Shown here one piece after another: positions 17,637 through 25,070 of a stretch of DNA of 46,301 nt. A model generated the notes under the pieces. The model searched no databases and was not told where the DNA came from. It saw nothing but the letters and a program-made list of their open reading frames with translations. The stretch is from Deltaproteobacteria bacterium (GTDB lineage Bacteria; Desulfobacterota; GWC2-55-46), in contig JBBTCG010000024.1 of assembly GCA_038043305.1 (NCBI GenBank), forward strand, positions 1-46,301, given 5' to 3'. The translations under genes were made by a program, and so were the position numbers. The first letter of the stretch is position 1; each line of letters begins with the position of its first letter.

Positions 17637-18827
17637 ATGCACGGTGAAAAACCAAAGGGGCATCCGATGGGGCATCCGGGCGCGGGGCACGGCGCTTTCG
17701 GCAAAGGCGGCGGCCCGGCAGTTACCGACAAGAGCGGCGGCAGGAAGTGGCTGCCGAAATTAATAGCGTGGGAGCTTACAAGGTCATGTAACCTCAACTG
17801 CATACATTGCAGGGCCGCGGCGCGTTTCGGCAAGTATCCGAATGAGCTTACGACCGAAGAGAACATGAAGTTCCTTGAGGACGTGGCCTCTTTCTCAAGC
17901 CCCATAATGATAATGACCGGCGGGGAGCCGATGCTCAGGGAAGACATCTGGGATCTGGCCAAGCACGGCACAAAGCTCGGCCTTCGGATGGTCATGAGTC
18001 CGTGCGGCTTTCTCGTAACCGAGGAGACGGCAAGGAAGATGATAGAGTCCGGCATACAGCGCGTGAGTTTTTCCATAGACGGCGCGACGGCGGAGAGCCA
18101 CGACAACTTCAGGCGCGTTCGCGGCGCGTTCGAAAGCGTCATGACGGCCATTGAGAACGTAAAAAAGGTGGGCCTCGACTTTCAGGTGAACACCACGATC
18201 ACCAAGCATAACCTTGCGGAGCTGCCAAGGATACTCGACCTTGTGATAAGCCTCGGCGCAAAGGCGCATCATCCGTTTCTCCTTGTGCCTACAGGCAGGG
18301 GCGCGGATCTGAAGGATCAGGAGATAGCGCCGGAGGATTACGAGAAGGCGCTTACGTGGTTTTATGATATGCGCGAGAAGGTGCCCATTCAGTTCAAGCC
18401 GACGTGCGCCCCGCATTACTATAGAATCTTCAGGCAGCAGGAGAGCGCCAAGGGCATAAGCGTAACGCCTGAGACGCACGGCCTCGACGCCATGAGCAAG
18501 GGCTGCATGGGCGGACAGAGCTTTGCCTTCGTGTCTAACACTGGCAAGGTGCAGATATGCGGCTTTCTTGAGACGGAGTGCGGGGACATAAGAAAGGAGT
18601 CGTTCGTCAAGATATGGGACACCTCAAAGGTGTTTCAGGAGATGCGCGCATGGGACGACTACAACGGCAGGTGCGGATACTGCGAGTTTCGCAAGGTGTG
18701 CGGCGGCTGCAGGGCCAGGGCATTCGCCTTTACCAAGGATTACATGGACGAGGAGCCGTTTTGCACCTATCAGCCTTCCGAGGCCGCGAAAAAGGCGAGG
18801 GACGCGAAAAAGGCCGCTAACGAGTAA
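17637..18827 (+). CDS. Radical SAM/SPASM protein of the NirJ / AhbC-AhbD type (siroheme-dependent heme biosynthesis)
   Basis: CNLNCIHC (CxxxCxxC) follows WELTRS. The C-terminal Cys cluster is CMGGQSFAFVSNTGKVQICGF...CGYCEFRKVCGGCRARA. The N-terminus is His/Gly-rich (GHPMGHPGAGHG). It is the last gene of the hem cluster, with AAGGAG 8 nt before the ATG. Confidence 0.6.
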   Translation: MHGEKPKGHPMGHPGAGHGAFGKGGGPAVTDKSGGRKWLPKLIAWELTRSCNLNCIHCRAAARFGKYPNELTTEENMKFLEDVASFSSPIMIMTGGEPMLREDIWDLAKHGTKLGLRMVMSPCGFLVTEETARKMIESGIQRVSFSIDGATAESHDNFRRVRGAFESVMTAIENVKKVGLDFQVNTTITKHNLAELPRILDLVISLGAKAHHPFLLVPTGRGADLKDQEIAPEDYEKALTWFYDMREKVPIQFKPTCAPHYYRIFRQQESAKGISVTPETHGLDAMSKGCMGGQSFAFVSNTGKVQICGFLETECGDIRKESFVKIWDTSKVFQEMRAWDDYNGRCGYCEFRKVCGGCRARAFAFTKDYMDEEPFCTYQPSEAAKKARDAKKAANE

Positions 18828-18830
18828 GGC

Positions 18831-18852
18831 GGTTATCGGTGAACCGATAACC
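18831..18852. promoter_or_regulatory. Perfect 22-bp palindrome between the rSAM gene and the RDD gene (operator or terminator stem)
   Basis: GGTTATCGGT-GA-ACCGATAACC, followed 9 nt later by GGGGTTTTCG. It begins 4 nt after the TAA of the upstream gene. Confidence 0.45.
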
Positions 18853-18866
18853 GATATGGGGTTTTC

Positions 18867-19385
18867 GTGATGGGGGAAGGAGTTTCGCTTAACAACGCCC
18901 AGAGCGGCGCGAAAGAGAGCGCGTTGACCGCGACGACGGCGGCAAGGGCAGACGTGGTAGAGCGCTTTATGGCCAAGTTCATTGACGTGCTCATCGTCCT
19001 TGCCTTCATGGCCTTTCCGACGATCGCGGGGTATCTTGCCGGGGCGGCCTACATACTTATCTCGGACGGCCTCATGTCCGGCAGGAGCATCGGCAAGCGG
19101 ATAATCGGATTGAGGGTGGTCAGACAGGCCGATAATTCCGTTGCGTGCGATTTGCGTTCATCCATCATAAGAAATGCGGAGTTCGCCTGTATCATCGCTC
19201 TGTATATCGTCCTTGGCTGGATACCGTATCTCGGCAAGGCCGTCGTGTTTCTTTTTGCCGTTGCATTGGCAACGGTGGAGATGCTTCTTATCTATACGGA
19301 TGAACAGGCTGGGATGCGGTTTGGAGACCGCGTTGCCGACACCGCTGTTGTTTCGGAAAAAGGGCTTAAAGACCGTGAACCGTGA
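18867..19385 (+). CDS. RDD-family membrane protein
   Basis: ERFMAKFIDVLIV... followed by three hydrophobic segments fits the RDD domain layout. The last five codons (K DREP stop) are read from the family-H repeat. Confidence 0.55.
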   Translation: MMGEGVSLNNAQSGAKESALTATTAARADVVERFMAKFIDVLIVLAFMAFPTIAGYLAGAAYILISDGLMSGRSIGKRIIGLRVVRQADNSVACDLRSSIIRNAEFACIIALYIVLGWIPYLGKAVVFLFAVALATVEMLLIYTDEQAGMRFGDRVADTAVVSEKGLKDREP

Positions 19386-19400
19386 CCGTGACCGTGAAAA
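19368..19400 (+). repeat. Family-H tandem array AAAGACCGTGAACCGTGACCGTGACCGTGAAAA
   Basis: Read directly. It contains the TGA stop of the RDD gene at 19383-19385. Confidence 0.85.
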
Positions 19401-19537
19401 CAAGGGCAAGGCTCATAGCCTTCAGCCTAAACACCTTCAGCCCAACTAAAGACCTTCGACGCATCACCTGTCCTTTCAGCCAGCCGTAATAGCCCCCAAC
19501 CAGCCGTTTTCCAGCAGGATTTCAGCCTAATTTTTAC

Positions 19538-19566
19538 TTGACAAAAACATCAAGCAGGAATATAGT
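19538..19566 (+). promoter_or_regulatory. Near-consensus sigma70 promoter of the dcw cluster (Pmra equivalent)
   Basis: TTGACA (19538-19543), a 17-nt spacer, then TATAGT (19561-19566). It lies about 100 nt upstream of the mraZ ATG. Confidence 0.7.
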
Positions 19567-19577
19567 CTACCCAAGGC

Positions 19578-19607
19578 GTGGTATAAAGTGGTATGAAGTG
19601 GTATGAA
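19578..19607 (+). promoter_or_regulatory. Three tandem 10-bp direct repeats GTGGTATRAA, candidate MraZ operator
   Basis: GTGGTATAAA GTGGTATGAA GTGGTATGAA starts 12 nt after the -10 hexamer. The 10-bp periodicity and promoter-proximal position match what is known of MraZ-binding repeats. Confidence 0.6.
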
Positions 19608-19666
19608 TCCGTCCAGAAAAGGGATGTGGATGCATTCAGCGGCCTCTAAGACAGGAGCGTTCTAAG

Positions 19667-20101
19667 ATGTTCAGGGGACGGTTTGAACATTCGATTGACT
19701 CAAAAGGCAGGTTGAGCATTCCGTCAAGGTTCAGGGAGACGCTTGCCGAGAGGTATGACGCTCGTCTTGTCGTTACGGCTTACGACAATCTGCTTTTGGC
19801 CTATCCGTTCGCGGAATGGCAAAGGCTTGAAGACAAGGTCAGAGAGCTTGCCGAGTTCAAAAAAGACACGCGATCGTTCTTGAGATTTTTCTATTCCAGC
19901 GCCGTGGACTGCGCCATAGACAAACTCGGCAGGGTGCTCATACCGCCGACGCTTCGTGATTATGCGCGTTTAGAGAAGGACGTGGTTCTTATAGGCACGC
20001 TCAGGAACATCGAGATATGGAGCAAGGCCGAGTGGGAGAAGGCGCAATCGGCCGTATCCGTGGAGGACATAGCCGGCACGCTTGACCGGCTCGGTATATG
20101 A
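19667..20101 (+). CDS. mraZ: Transcriptional regulator MraZ
   Basis: MFRGRFEHSIDSKGRLSIPSRFR and a second SpoVT/AbrB-like repeat DKLGRVLIPPTLR. AGGAG lies upstream. Confidence 0.95.
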   Translation: MFRGRFEHSIDSKGRLSIPSRFRETLAERYDARLVVTAYDNLLLAYPFAEWQRLEDKVRELAEFKKDTRSFLRFFYSSAVDCAIDKLGRVLIPPTLRDYARLEKDVVLIGTLRNIEIWSKAEWEKAQSAVSVEDIAGTLDRLGI

Positions 20102-21042
20102 CCGTAGGCTTTTCGCATCTGAGCGTTATGCCGAAGGAGACGATCGAATATCTTGCGTGCGTTCAGGGGGCCGTAGTAGTGGACTGCACCGTTGGCGGAG
20201 GCGGACATGCCGGTCTGATAGTTGAGGCCATTGGCGCGTCCGGGATGCTCATAGGGATTGACCGGGACGACGACGCCATCGAGTCTGCAAGGGCAGAGCT
20301 CTCCATGTTCGGCGGCCGCGTAAAACTCGTGAAGGCGAATTTCAGCCGTTTGCGCGCCGTGCTTGATTCTCTTGGGGTTGAAAAGGTGGACGGCATTTTA
20401 TTCGACCTTGGCGTTTCGTCATATCAGTTCGACTCGCCGGAGCGCGGCTTCAGCTTCCGGGCAGACGGGCGGCTTGATATGAGGATGGATACGACGCAGA
20501 CGCTATCAGCCTTTGAAATCGTAAACGAATACGAAGAGGCGGCCATTGAGCGCATCCTCAGCGAATACGGCGAGGAGCGGCACGCAAGGCGGATTGCAAG
20601 GGCAATCGTGAGGGCAAGGTCTGAGGGAAATATCGAAACGACCGGCGCGCTCGCAGCCATTGCGGCAAGGCAGTATCCGGCAAGATGGAATCGTCAGGAG
20701 AGGATAGACCCGGCCACGCGCACATTTCAGGCGTTGAGGATTGCGGTGAACAACGAGCTTGAGGCAATAAGGCCGGCGCTTGACGCCGCGCTCGCGTCAT
20801 TGAAGACAGGCGGCAGGTGCGTGGTCATATCCTTTCACTCGCTGGAGGACAGGATCGTGAAGGAGACGTTCAGGGAGTTTGCACAGGGATGCGTCTGTCC
20901 GCCGCGCTTTCCCGTTTGCGTATGCGGCAAACGCGCCCGGGCGAGGATAATTACAAGAAAACCGGTAAGGCCGCTTGAGGCCGAGGTCAGAGTAAACCCG
21001 CGCGCGAGAAGCGCGAAACTCAGGGCGATTGAACGGATTTAA
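20098..21042 (+). CDS. rsmH: 16S rRNA (cytosine1402-N4)-methyltransferase
   Basis: HLSVMPKETIEYL, DCTVGGGGHA, DGILFDLGVSSYQFD and the ISFHSLEDRIVK motifs. ATGA overlap with mraZ. Confidence 0.95.
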   Translation: MTVGFSHLSVMPKETIEYLACVQGAVVVDCTVGGGGHAGLIVEAIGASGMLIGIDRDDDAIESARAELSMFGGRVKLVKANFSRLRAVLDSLGVEKVDGILFDLGVSSYQFDSPERGFSFRADGRLDMRMDTTQTLSAFEIVNEYEEAAIERILSEYGEERHARRIARAIVRARSEGNIETTGALAAIAARQYPARWNRQERIDPATRTFQALRIAVNNELEAIRPALDAALASLKTGGRCVVISFHSLEDRIVKETFREFAQGCVCPPRFPVCVCGKRARARIITRKPVRPLEAEVRVNPRARSAKLRAIERI

Positions 21043-21053
21043 CGGGTGGGGAC

Positions 21054-21371
21054 ATGCAGCACATTTTGTTTGGACAGGACGTGCGGGTCAGGAGGAATCT
21101 CAGGAACATGCAGTTCCTCTATCTTGCCGTCGTAGTGAGCGTGCTCCTTCTGAGCGCCGTCATGGTCTTCATCTGGTGTAGGATGAAGGTGGTCAATATC
21201 GGTTACGAGATATCAAAGGCGAGCGTCGAAAAAAAGGCGCTCATAGATAAGAATAACCGGCTGAGGATAGAGCTTGGGAAGTTAAAATCGCCTGAGAGGA
21301 TAGAGCGCGCCGCCAAAGCCGAACTTGGCCTCATCTATCCTGCCTCAGAGCGCATGGTGACGGTGCGATGA
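21054..21371 (+). CDS. ftsL: Cell division protein FtsL
   Basis: 105 aa with a single TM segment followed by a coiled-coil region (KKALIDKNNRLRIELGKLKSPERIE). Its position between rsmH and ftsI supports the call. Confidence 0.75.
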   Translation: MQHILFGQDVRVRRNLRNMQFLYLAVVVSVLLLSAVMVFIWCRMKVVNIGYEISKASVEKKALIDKNNRLRIELGKLKSPERIERAAKAELGLIYPASERMVTVR

Positions 21372-23365
21372 AGAATAAAGCGCCAAAAAAATCGTACGTG
21401 AGGCTGCGCATCATACTGTGCGCCGCCATGTTTTTCGTCTTCTTCGCGGCCATATTCGCAAAGGCCGTGAAGCTCCAGGTGGTTGAGGCGGAGCGTTTCA
21501 GGAAGCTGGCCGAGCGCCAGCACACCAAGACCGTCAGCATACAGCCGAGGAGAGGCGAGATATACGACAGGAACTCAAGGGAGCTTGCGGTAAGCCTTGA
21601 GGTGGACTCCGTGTACGCAAACCCGGACAAGGTGCGCAACCCGAGGAAGGCCGCCGGCTTGCTCTCGCCGGTGCTGTCGGTAGAAAGGGCCGAGCTGGAA
21701 AAAAGGCTTGGCTCCCGCGCCGGATTCGTGTGGCTTAAAAGGCAGGTTGATCTCAGCGACGTTCAGCGCAAGGCGTTGGACGGCATCGTTGGCATAGGGC
21801 TTACGCGGGAGAGCAGGCGCTATTACCCCAACGCTTACCTTGCCGCCAATATCATCGGTTTTACCGGCGTTGACGCCAACGGGCTTGAGGGCGTGGAACT
21901 GCGCTATGACGGCATGCTCCGGGGCGCGTCGGTAAGCCGCGTCGGCGAAAAGGACGCAAAGGGCAGGGTACTGCTTTATGAGGACATGGACAAGACGCAT
22001 CAGGCGTCCGGTCAGGTGGTTGAGCTGACCATTGACAAGAGCATACAATTCATAGCGGAGAAGGCGCTCAAAAAGGCGGTTGAAGGCGCAAGGGCAAAGG
22101 GGGGCATGGCCGTGGTCATGGAGCCGTCCACGGGCGAGGTGCTCGCGATGGCCGCGCTTCCTTCGTTTGATCCGAACGACATAAAGAAGTTCAATCCGAA
22201 AGAGTGGCGTAACAAGGCCGTGGTGGACGCATTTGAACCGGGGTCCACGCTCAAGCTCTTTCTCGTCGCAGGCGCGCTCGAGGAGAACGTGGTCAAGCCG
22301 AATGATCTGTTCTTTTGTGAGAACGGCTCGTATCGGGTGGCTGACAGGGTCTTTCACGACACCGAAAAACACGGCTATCTTACGGTCTCCGACGTTATCA
22401 AACATTCAAGCAACATCTGCGCCGCCAAGATAGGCGCAAGACTGGGCAAGAACGGCCTTTATAAGTATATGAACTCCTTCGGCTTCGGAGAAAAGACCGG
22501 CATAGACCTGCCGGGAGAGACCGCCGGCGTACTCAAACATTACAAGAACTGGTCCGGCGTTAGCATGGAGACCATCTCGTTCGGCCACGGGGTGGCCGTA
22601 TCCGGCCTGCAGCTTGCAAACGCCGTGTCCGCCATAGCCAACGGCGGATTCCTTATGAAGCCTCATATCGTGCGGTCGGTCAGGGACAAGGACGGGAAGG
22701 CCGCCACTGAAACCGCCCCGTCCGTTGTAAGGCGTGTTATATCGGATGAGACGGCTGGGAAGCTGACTAAGATGCTTGTAAGCGTAACCGAGTCCGATGG
22801 AACCGGCACAAAGGCCGCAATCAAGGGATTTGACGTCGCTGGCAAGACCGGCACGGCGCAAAAGCCGGACTTGAAAAACGGCGGGTACGAGAAGGGCGCG
22901 TACATGGCCTCCTTTGTAGGGTTTCTCCCCGCAAAGAATCCAAGGCTTGTGATACTGGTCGTCGTTGATGAGCCTCAGGGGGATTATTACGGCGGGGCAG
23001 TCGCGGCGCCAGCCTTCAAGGAGATAGCCGAGGAGAGCCTTGCCTATCTTGGGGTCTTTTCGGAGACGAGCGGCAAGGCCGCTCCATTACTGGGGAGAGC
23101 CTCTGTTGAAGGCGTCTCAGCGAATGTAACATCAGGCGTTGACAAGACCGTTTCAGCTCAATTGCAAGGAGACGGCATGGAGCACGTCGGCGCTTTAAGC
23201 AACGGCAAGGTTCCGGATTTTACGGGCAAGACCATGCGTGCCGTGCTCAGGATGGCCAAGGCCGCGTCTCTTGACGTGGACGTGGTCGGGAGCGGGGCGG
23301 CCGTGTCGCAAAGGCCGGGTCCGGGCATGAGCGCTGGCAGCAAGGTCATCGTGCGTTTTGAATGA
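21368..23365 (+). CDS. ftsI: Penicillin-binding protein (FtsI / PBP2B class transpeptidase) with a C-terminal PASTA domain
   Basis: It has an N-terminal TM segment, a dimerisation domain and the transpeptidase motifs FEPGSTLK (SxxK), HSSN (SxN) and KTGTA (KTG). The last ~55 aa, VPDFTGKTMRAVLRMAKAASLDVDVVGSGAAVSQRPGPGMSAGSKVIVRFE, are PASTA-like. Confidence 0.9.
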   Translation: MKNKAPKKSYVRLRIILCAAMFFVFFAAIFAKAVKLQVVEAERFRKLAERQHTKTVSIQPRRGEIYDRNSRELAVSLEVDSVYANPDKVRNPRKAAGLLSPVLSVERAELEKRLGSRAGFVWLKRQVDLSDVQRKALDGIVGIGLTRESRRYYPNAYLAANIIGFTGVDANGLEGVELRYDGMLRGASVSRVGEKDAKGRVLLYEDMDKTHQASGQVVELTIDKSIQFIAEKALKKAVEGARAKGGMAVVMEPSTGEVLAMAALPSFDPNDIKKFNPKEWRNKAVVDAFEPGSTLKLFLVAGALEENVVKPNDLFFCENGSYRVADRVFHDTEKHGYLTVSDVIKHSSNICAAKIGARLGKNGLYKYMNSFGFGEKTGIDLPGETAGVLKHYKNWSGVSMETISFGHGVAVSGLQLANAVSAIANGGFLMKPHIVRSVRDKDGKAATETAPSVVRRVISDETAGKLTKMLVSVTESDGTGTKAAIKGFDVAGKTGTAQKPDLKNGGYEKGAYMASFVGFLPAKNPRLVILVVVDEPQGDYYGGAVAAPAFKEIAEESLAYLGVFSETSGKAAPLLGRASVEGVSANVTSGVDKTVSAQLQGDGMEHVGALSNGKVPDFTGKTMRAVLRMAKAASLDVDVVGSGAAVSQRPGPGMSAGSKVIVRFE

Positions 23366-23376
23366 GAGGCGTTTGA

Positions 23377-24909
23377 GTGAAGATAACCGAGATCGCAAGG
23401 TCATTGAGCGAGGCAGGGCTGGACTGTACGCTTATCGGCGACGGCGCGGTTAACGCGGCCTCGGTATGTTTCGATTCGAGAGATGTTAGAAAAGGCGATT
23501 GCGCTCTCTTTGCGGCCCTTCCCGGCGAGCACGTTGACGGCCTCGCTTACATAGCAAGCGCGGTTAAAAACGGCGCAGTTGCGGTGCTGGCTCAAAGGCC
23601 TACCGACGGGTTGGCCGTCCCGCAATTGATCGTGAGTGACGCAAGGGCCGCATTCTCAAAGGCGTCGCACCTTGTTTACGGCGAGCCGTCAAAAAGGCTC
23701 GTTGTCATAGGCGTAACCGGCACAAACGGCAAGACGACCACAACGTATCTGATAGAGGCGATATTGGAGGCCGCGGGTTTCAAGCCCGGGGTCATCGGTA
23801 CTGTGAACTACCGTTACAACGGCAGGGTATTTGACGCGCCGCATACGACGCCGGAGGCGAGCGGGGTGCACGGAATCCTGAAGGACATGGTTCAAGCGGG
23901 CATGACGCACTGCGTAATGGAGGTCTCCTCCCACGCGCTCTCTCAAAAGAGGGTGGAGGACTGCGTCTTTAAGGCGGGCGTATTCACCAACCTTACGCAT
24001 GAGCACCTTGACTATCATCACACGATGGAAGAGTACTTCGATGCAAAGGCCATACTGTTCAAAAGGCTTTTGAAAAACTCCGGCGGAGTTCCGGTAATCA
24101 ACGTTGACGACGCTTGGGGAAGTCGTCTTGCAGGCGGGCTGAATGAAGCCATTACCTTCAGCCTCTGTTCCGATAAGGCCGCTTCAATCGCCCCTAAGAG
24201 AGCGACCCTTGGGGACTCAGGGATTCAGGCGGTGTGCGACACCCCGGCCGGCGCAATCGCCATACGCTCAAGCCTCGTCGGAGAATATAATCTGCAAAAT
24301 ATCCTCGGCGCTATCGGCGCGTCAATCGCCGTGGGCATCAAGCCGGAGCGAATAGAGGCGGGCATTGCCAATCTCAAGAGGGTGCCGGGCAGGCTTGAGA
24401 AGTCAGCCGGGCAGATGGGGATTGCCGCTTACGTTGACTACGCGCACACCGGGGACGCGCTGAAGCGGGCGCTTGAGGCGCTTAGACAAGTGGCCAAGGG
24501 CCGCATCATCACGGTCTTCGGCTGCGGCGGAAACCGCGACAGGGGCAAGAGACCGGAGATGGGCGCGGTATCGGCCGCGCTCTCAGACATAACGATAATA
24601 ACGTCGGACAATCCGAGGGACGAAGACCCGCTGGAGATTATTAAAGAGGTTGAGGCGGGCGCGATAAAGGCGGGCGCAAGAAGATGCAACGGGTCTGAGA
24701 CGCCGGAGACAAAGGCCTATGTCGTCATGCCTGATAGGAGAGAGGCCATACAAAAGGCGGTATCCCTTGCAAGAGAAGGCGACACCGTGCTTGTAGCCGG
24801 CAAGGGACACGAGGTCTGTCAGATAGCGCTCGGCGTAAGCTCCCATTTCAACGACCTTGAGGAGCTTGACGGAGCGATAAGCCGTAAAGGCCGTGACCGT
24901 GAACCGTGA
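23377..24909 (+). CDS. murE: UDP-N-acetylmuramoyl-L-alanyl-D-glutamate--2,6-diaminopimelate ligase
   Basis: [14 protein letters not shown], and the DNPR motif (TSDNPRDEDP) that indicates meso-DAP specificity. GTG start. The last 7 codons (KGRDREP) and the stop lie in the family-H repeat. Confidence 0.93.
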   Translation: MKITEIARSLSEAGLDCTLIGDGAVNAASVCFDSRDVRKGDCALFAALPGEHVDGLAYIASAVKNGAVAVLAQRPTDGLAVPQLIVSDARAAFSKASHLVYGEPSKRLVVIGVTGTNGKTTTTYLIEAILEAAGFKPGVIGTVNYRYNGRVFDAPHTTPEASGVHGILKDMVQAGMTHCVMEVSSHALSQKRVEDCVFKAGVFTNLTHEHLDYHHTMEEYFDAKAILFKRLLKNSGGVPVINVDDAWGSRLAGGLNEAITFSLCSDKAASIAPKRATLGDSGIQAVCDTPAGAIAIRSSLVGEYNLQNILGAIGASIAVGIKPERIEAGIANLKRVPGRLEKSAGQMGIAAYVDYAHTGDALKRALEALRQVAKGRIITVFGCGGNRDRGKRPEMGAVSAALSDITIITSDNPRDEDPLEIIKEVEAGAIKAGARRCNGSETPETKAYVVMPDRREAIQKAVSLAREGDTVLVAGKGHEVCQIALGVSSHFNDLEELDGAISRKGRDREP

Positions 24910-24918
24910 CCGTGAAAG
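24886..24918 (+). repeat. Family-H tandem array AAAGGCCGTGACCGTGAACCGTGACCGTGAAAG
   Basis: Read directly. It contains the murE TGA at 24907-24909. Confidence 0.85.
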
Positions 24919-24964
24919 CTGTAGGGCAGGGCTGTGATGAGTTGAGCTCCTAAAGACTGAAAAC

Positions 24965-25052
24965 TTCCTCCCCCAGCCCCTCCTTGGTAAGGAGGGGATT
25001 TAAAGGGTCTCAAACTCCTCCCCTTTTTTCAAGGGGAGGCGGGGTGGGGTTA
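24965..25052 (+). repeat. Double-hairpin repeat element (family G), copy 2
   Basis: Hairpin 1 is CCCCTCCTT-GGT-AAGGAGGGG (24977-24997). Hairpin 2 is CCTCCCC-TTTTTTCAA-GGGGAGG (25017-25039). The 36-mer at 25015-25050 matches 11722-11757 at 35 of 36 positions. Confidence 0.85.
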
Positions 25053-25070
25053 GCCTTGCGCGGAAGGAAT

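Noticed and set aside
17306-18151. Long antisense ORFs opposite well-supported genes. Examples: 281 aa opposite hemB/rSAM, 276 aa at 21575-22405 opposite ftsI, 320 aa at 30252-31214 opposite murG, 191 aa at 35153-35728 opposite ftsA, 201 aa at 11168-11773 opposite the sirC-like gene, and 174 aa at 13748-14272.
   Set aside because: Their products are low-complexity (Arg/Pro/Ser/Ala-rich) and have no recognisable motifs or SD sequences. Each lies fully opposite a gene with unambiguous family signatures. Such ORFs are expected stop-poor shadow frames in GC-rich coding DNA.
19368-19400. Possibility that the GTGACCG-type arrays are CRISPR arrays or mini-CRISPRs.
   Set aside because: The units are only 6-7 nt and directly tandem with no spacers. 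The arrays are under 35 nt and scattered at gene ends, and no cas genes are present.
24984-25070. N-terminal extensions in the ORF track: murF from 24984, hemB from 16574, murD from 27515, RNase G from 42203, NYN from 4948, queA from 45125, and the CxxCH protein from 3027.
   Set aside because: Each extension either overlaps the upstream gene or reads through a repeat element, and none aligns with the family N-terminus. An internal ATG with a better-placed SD or an ATGA/TAATG coupling junction is available in every case.
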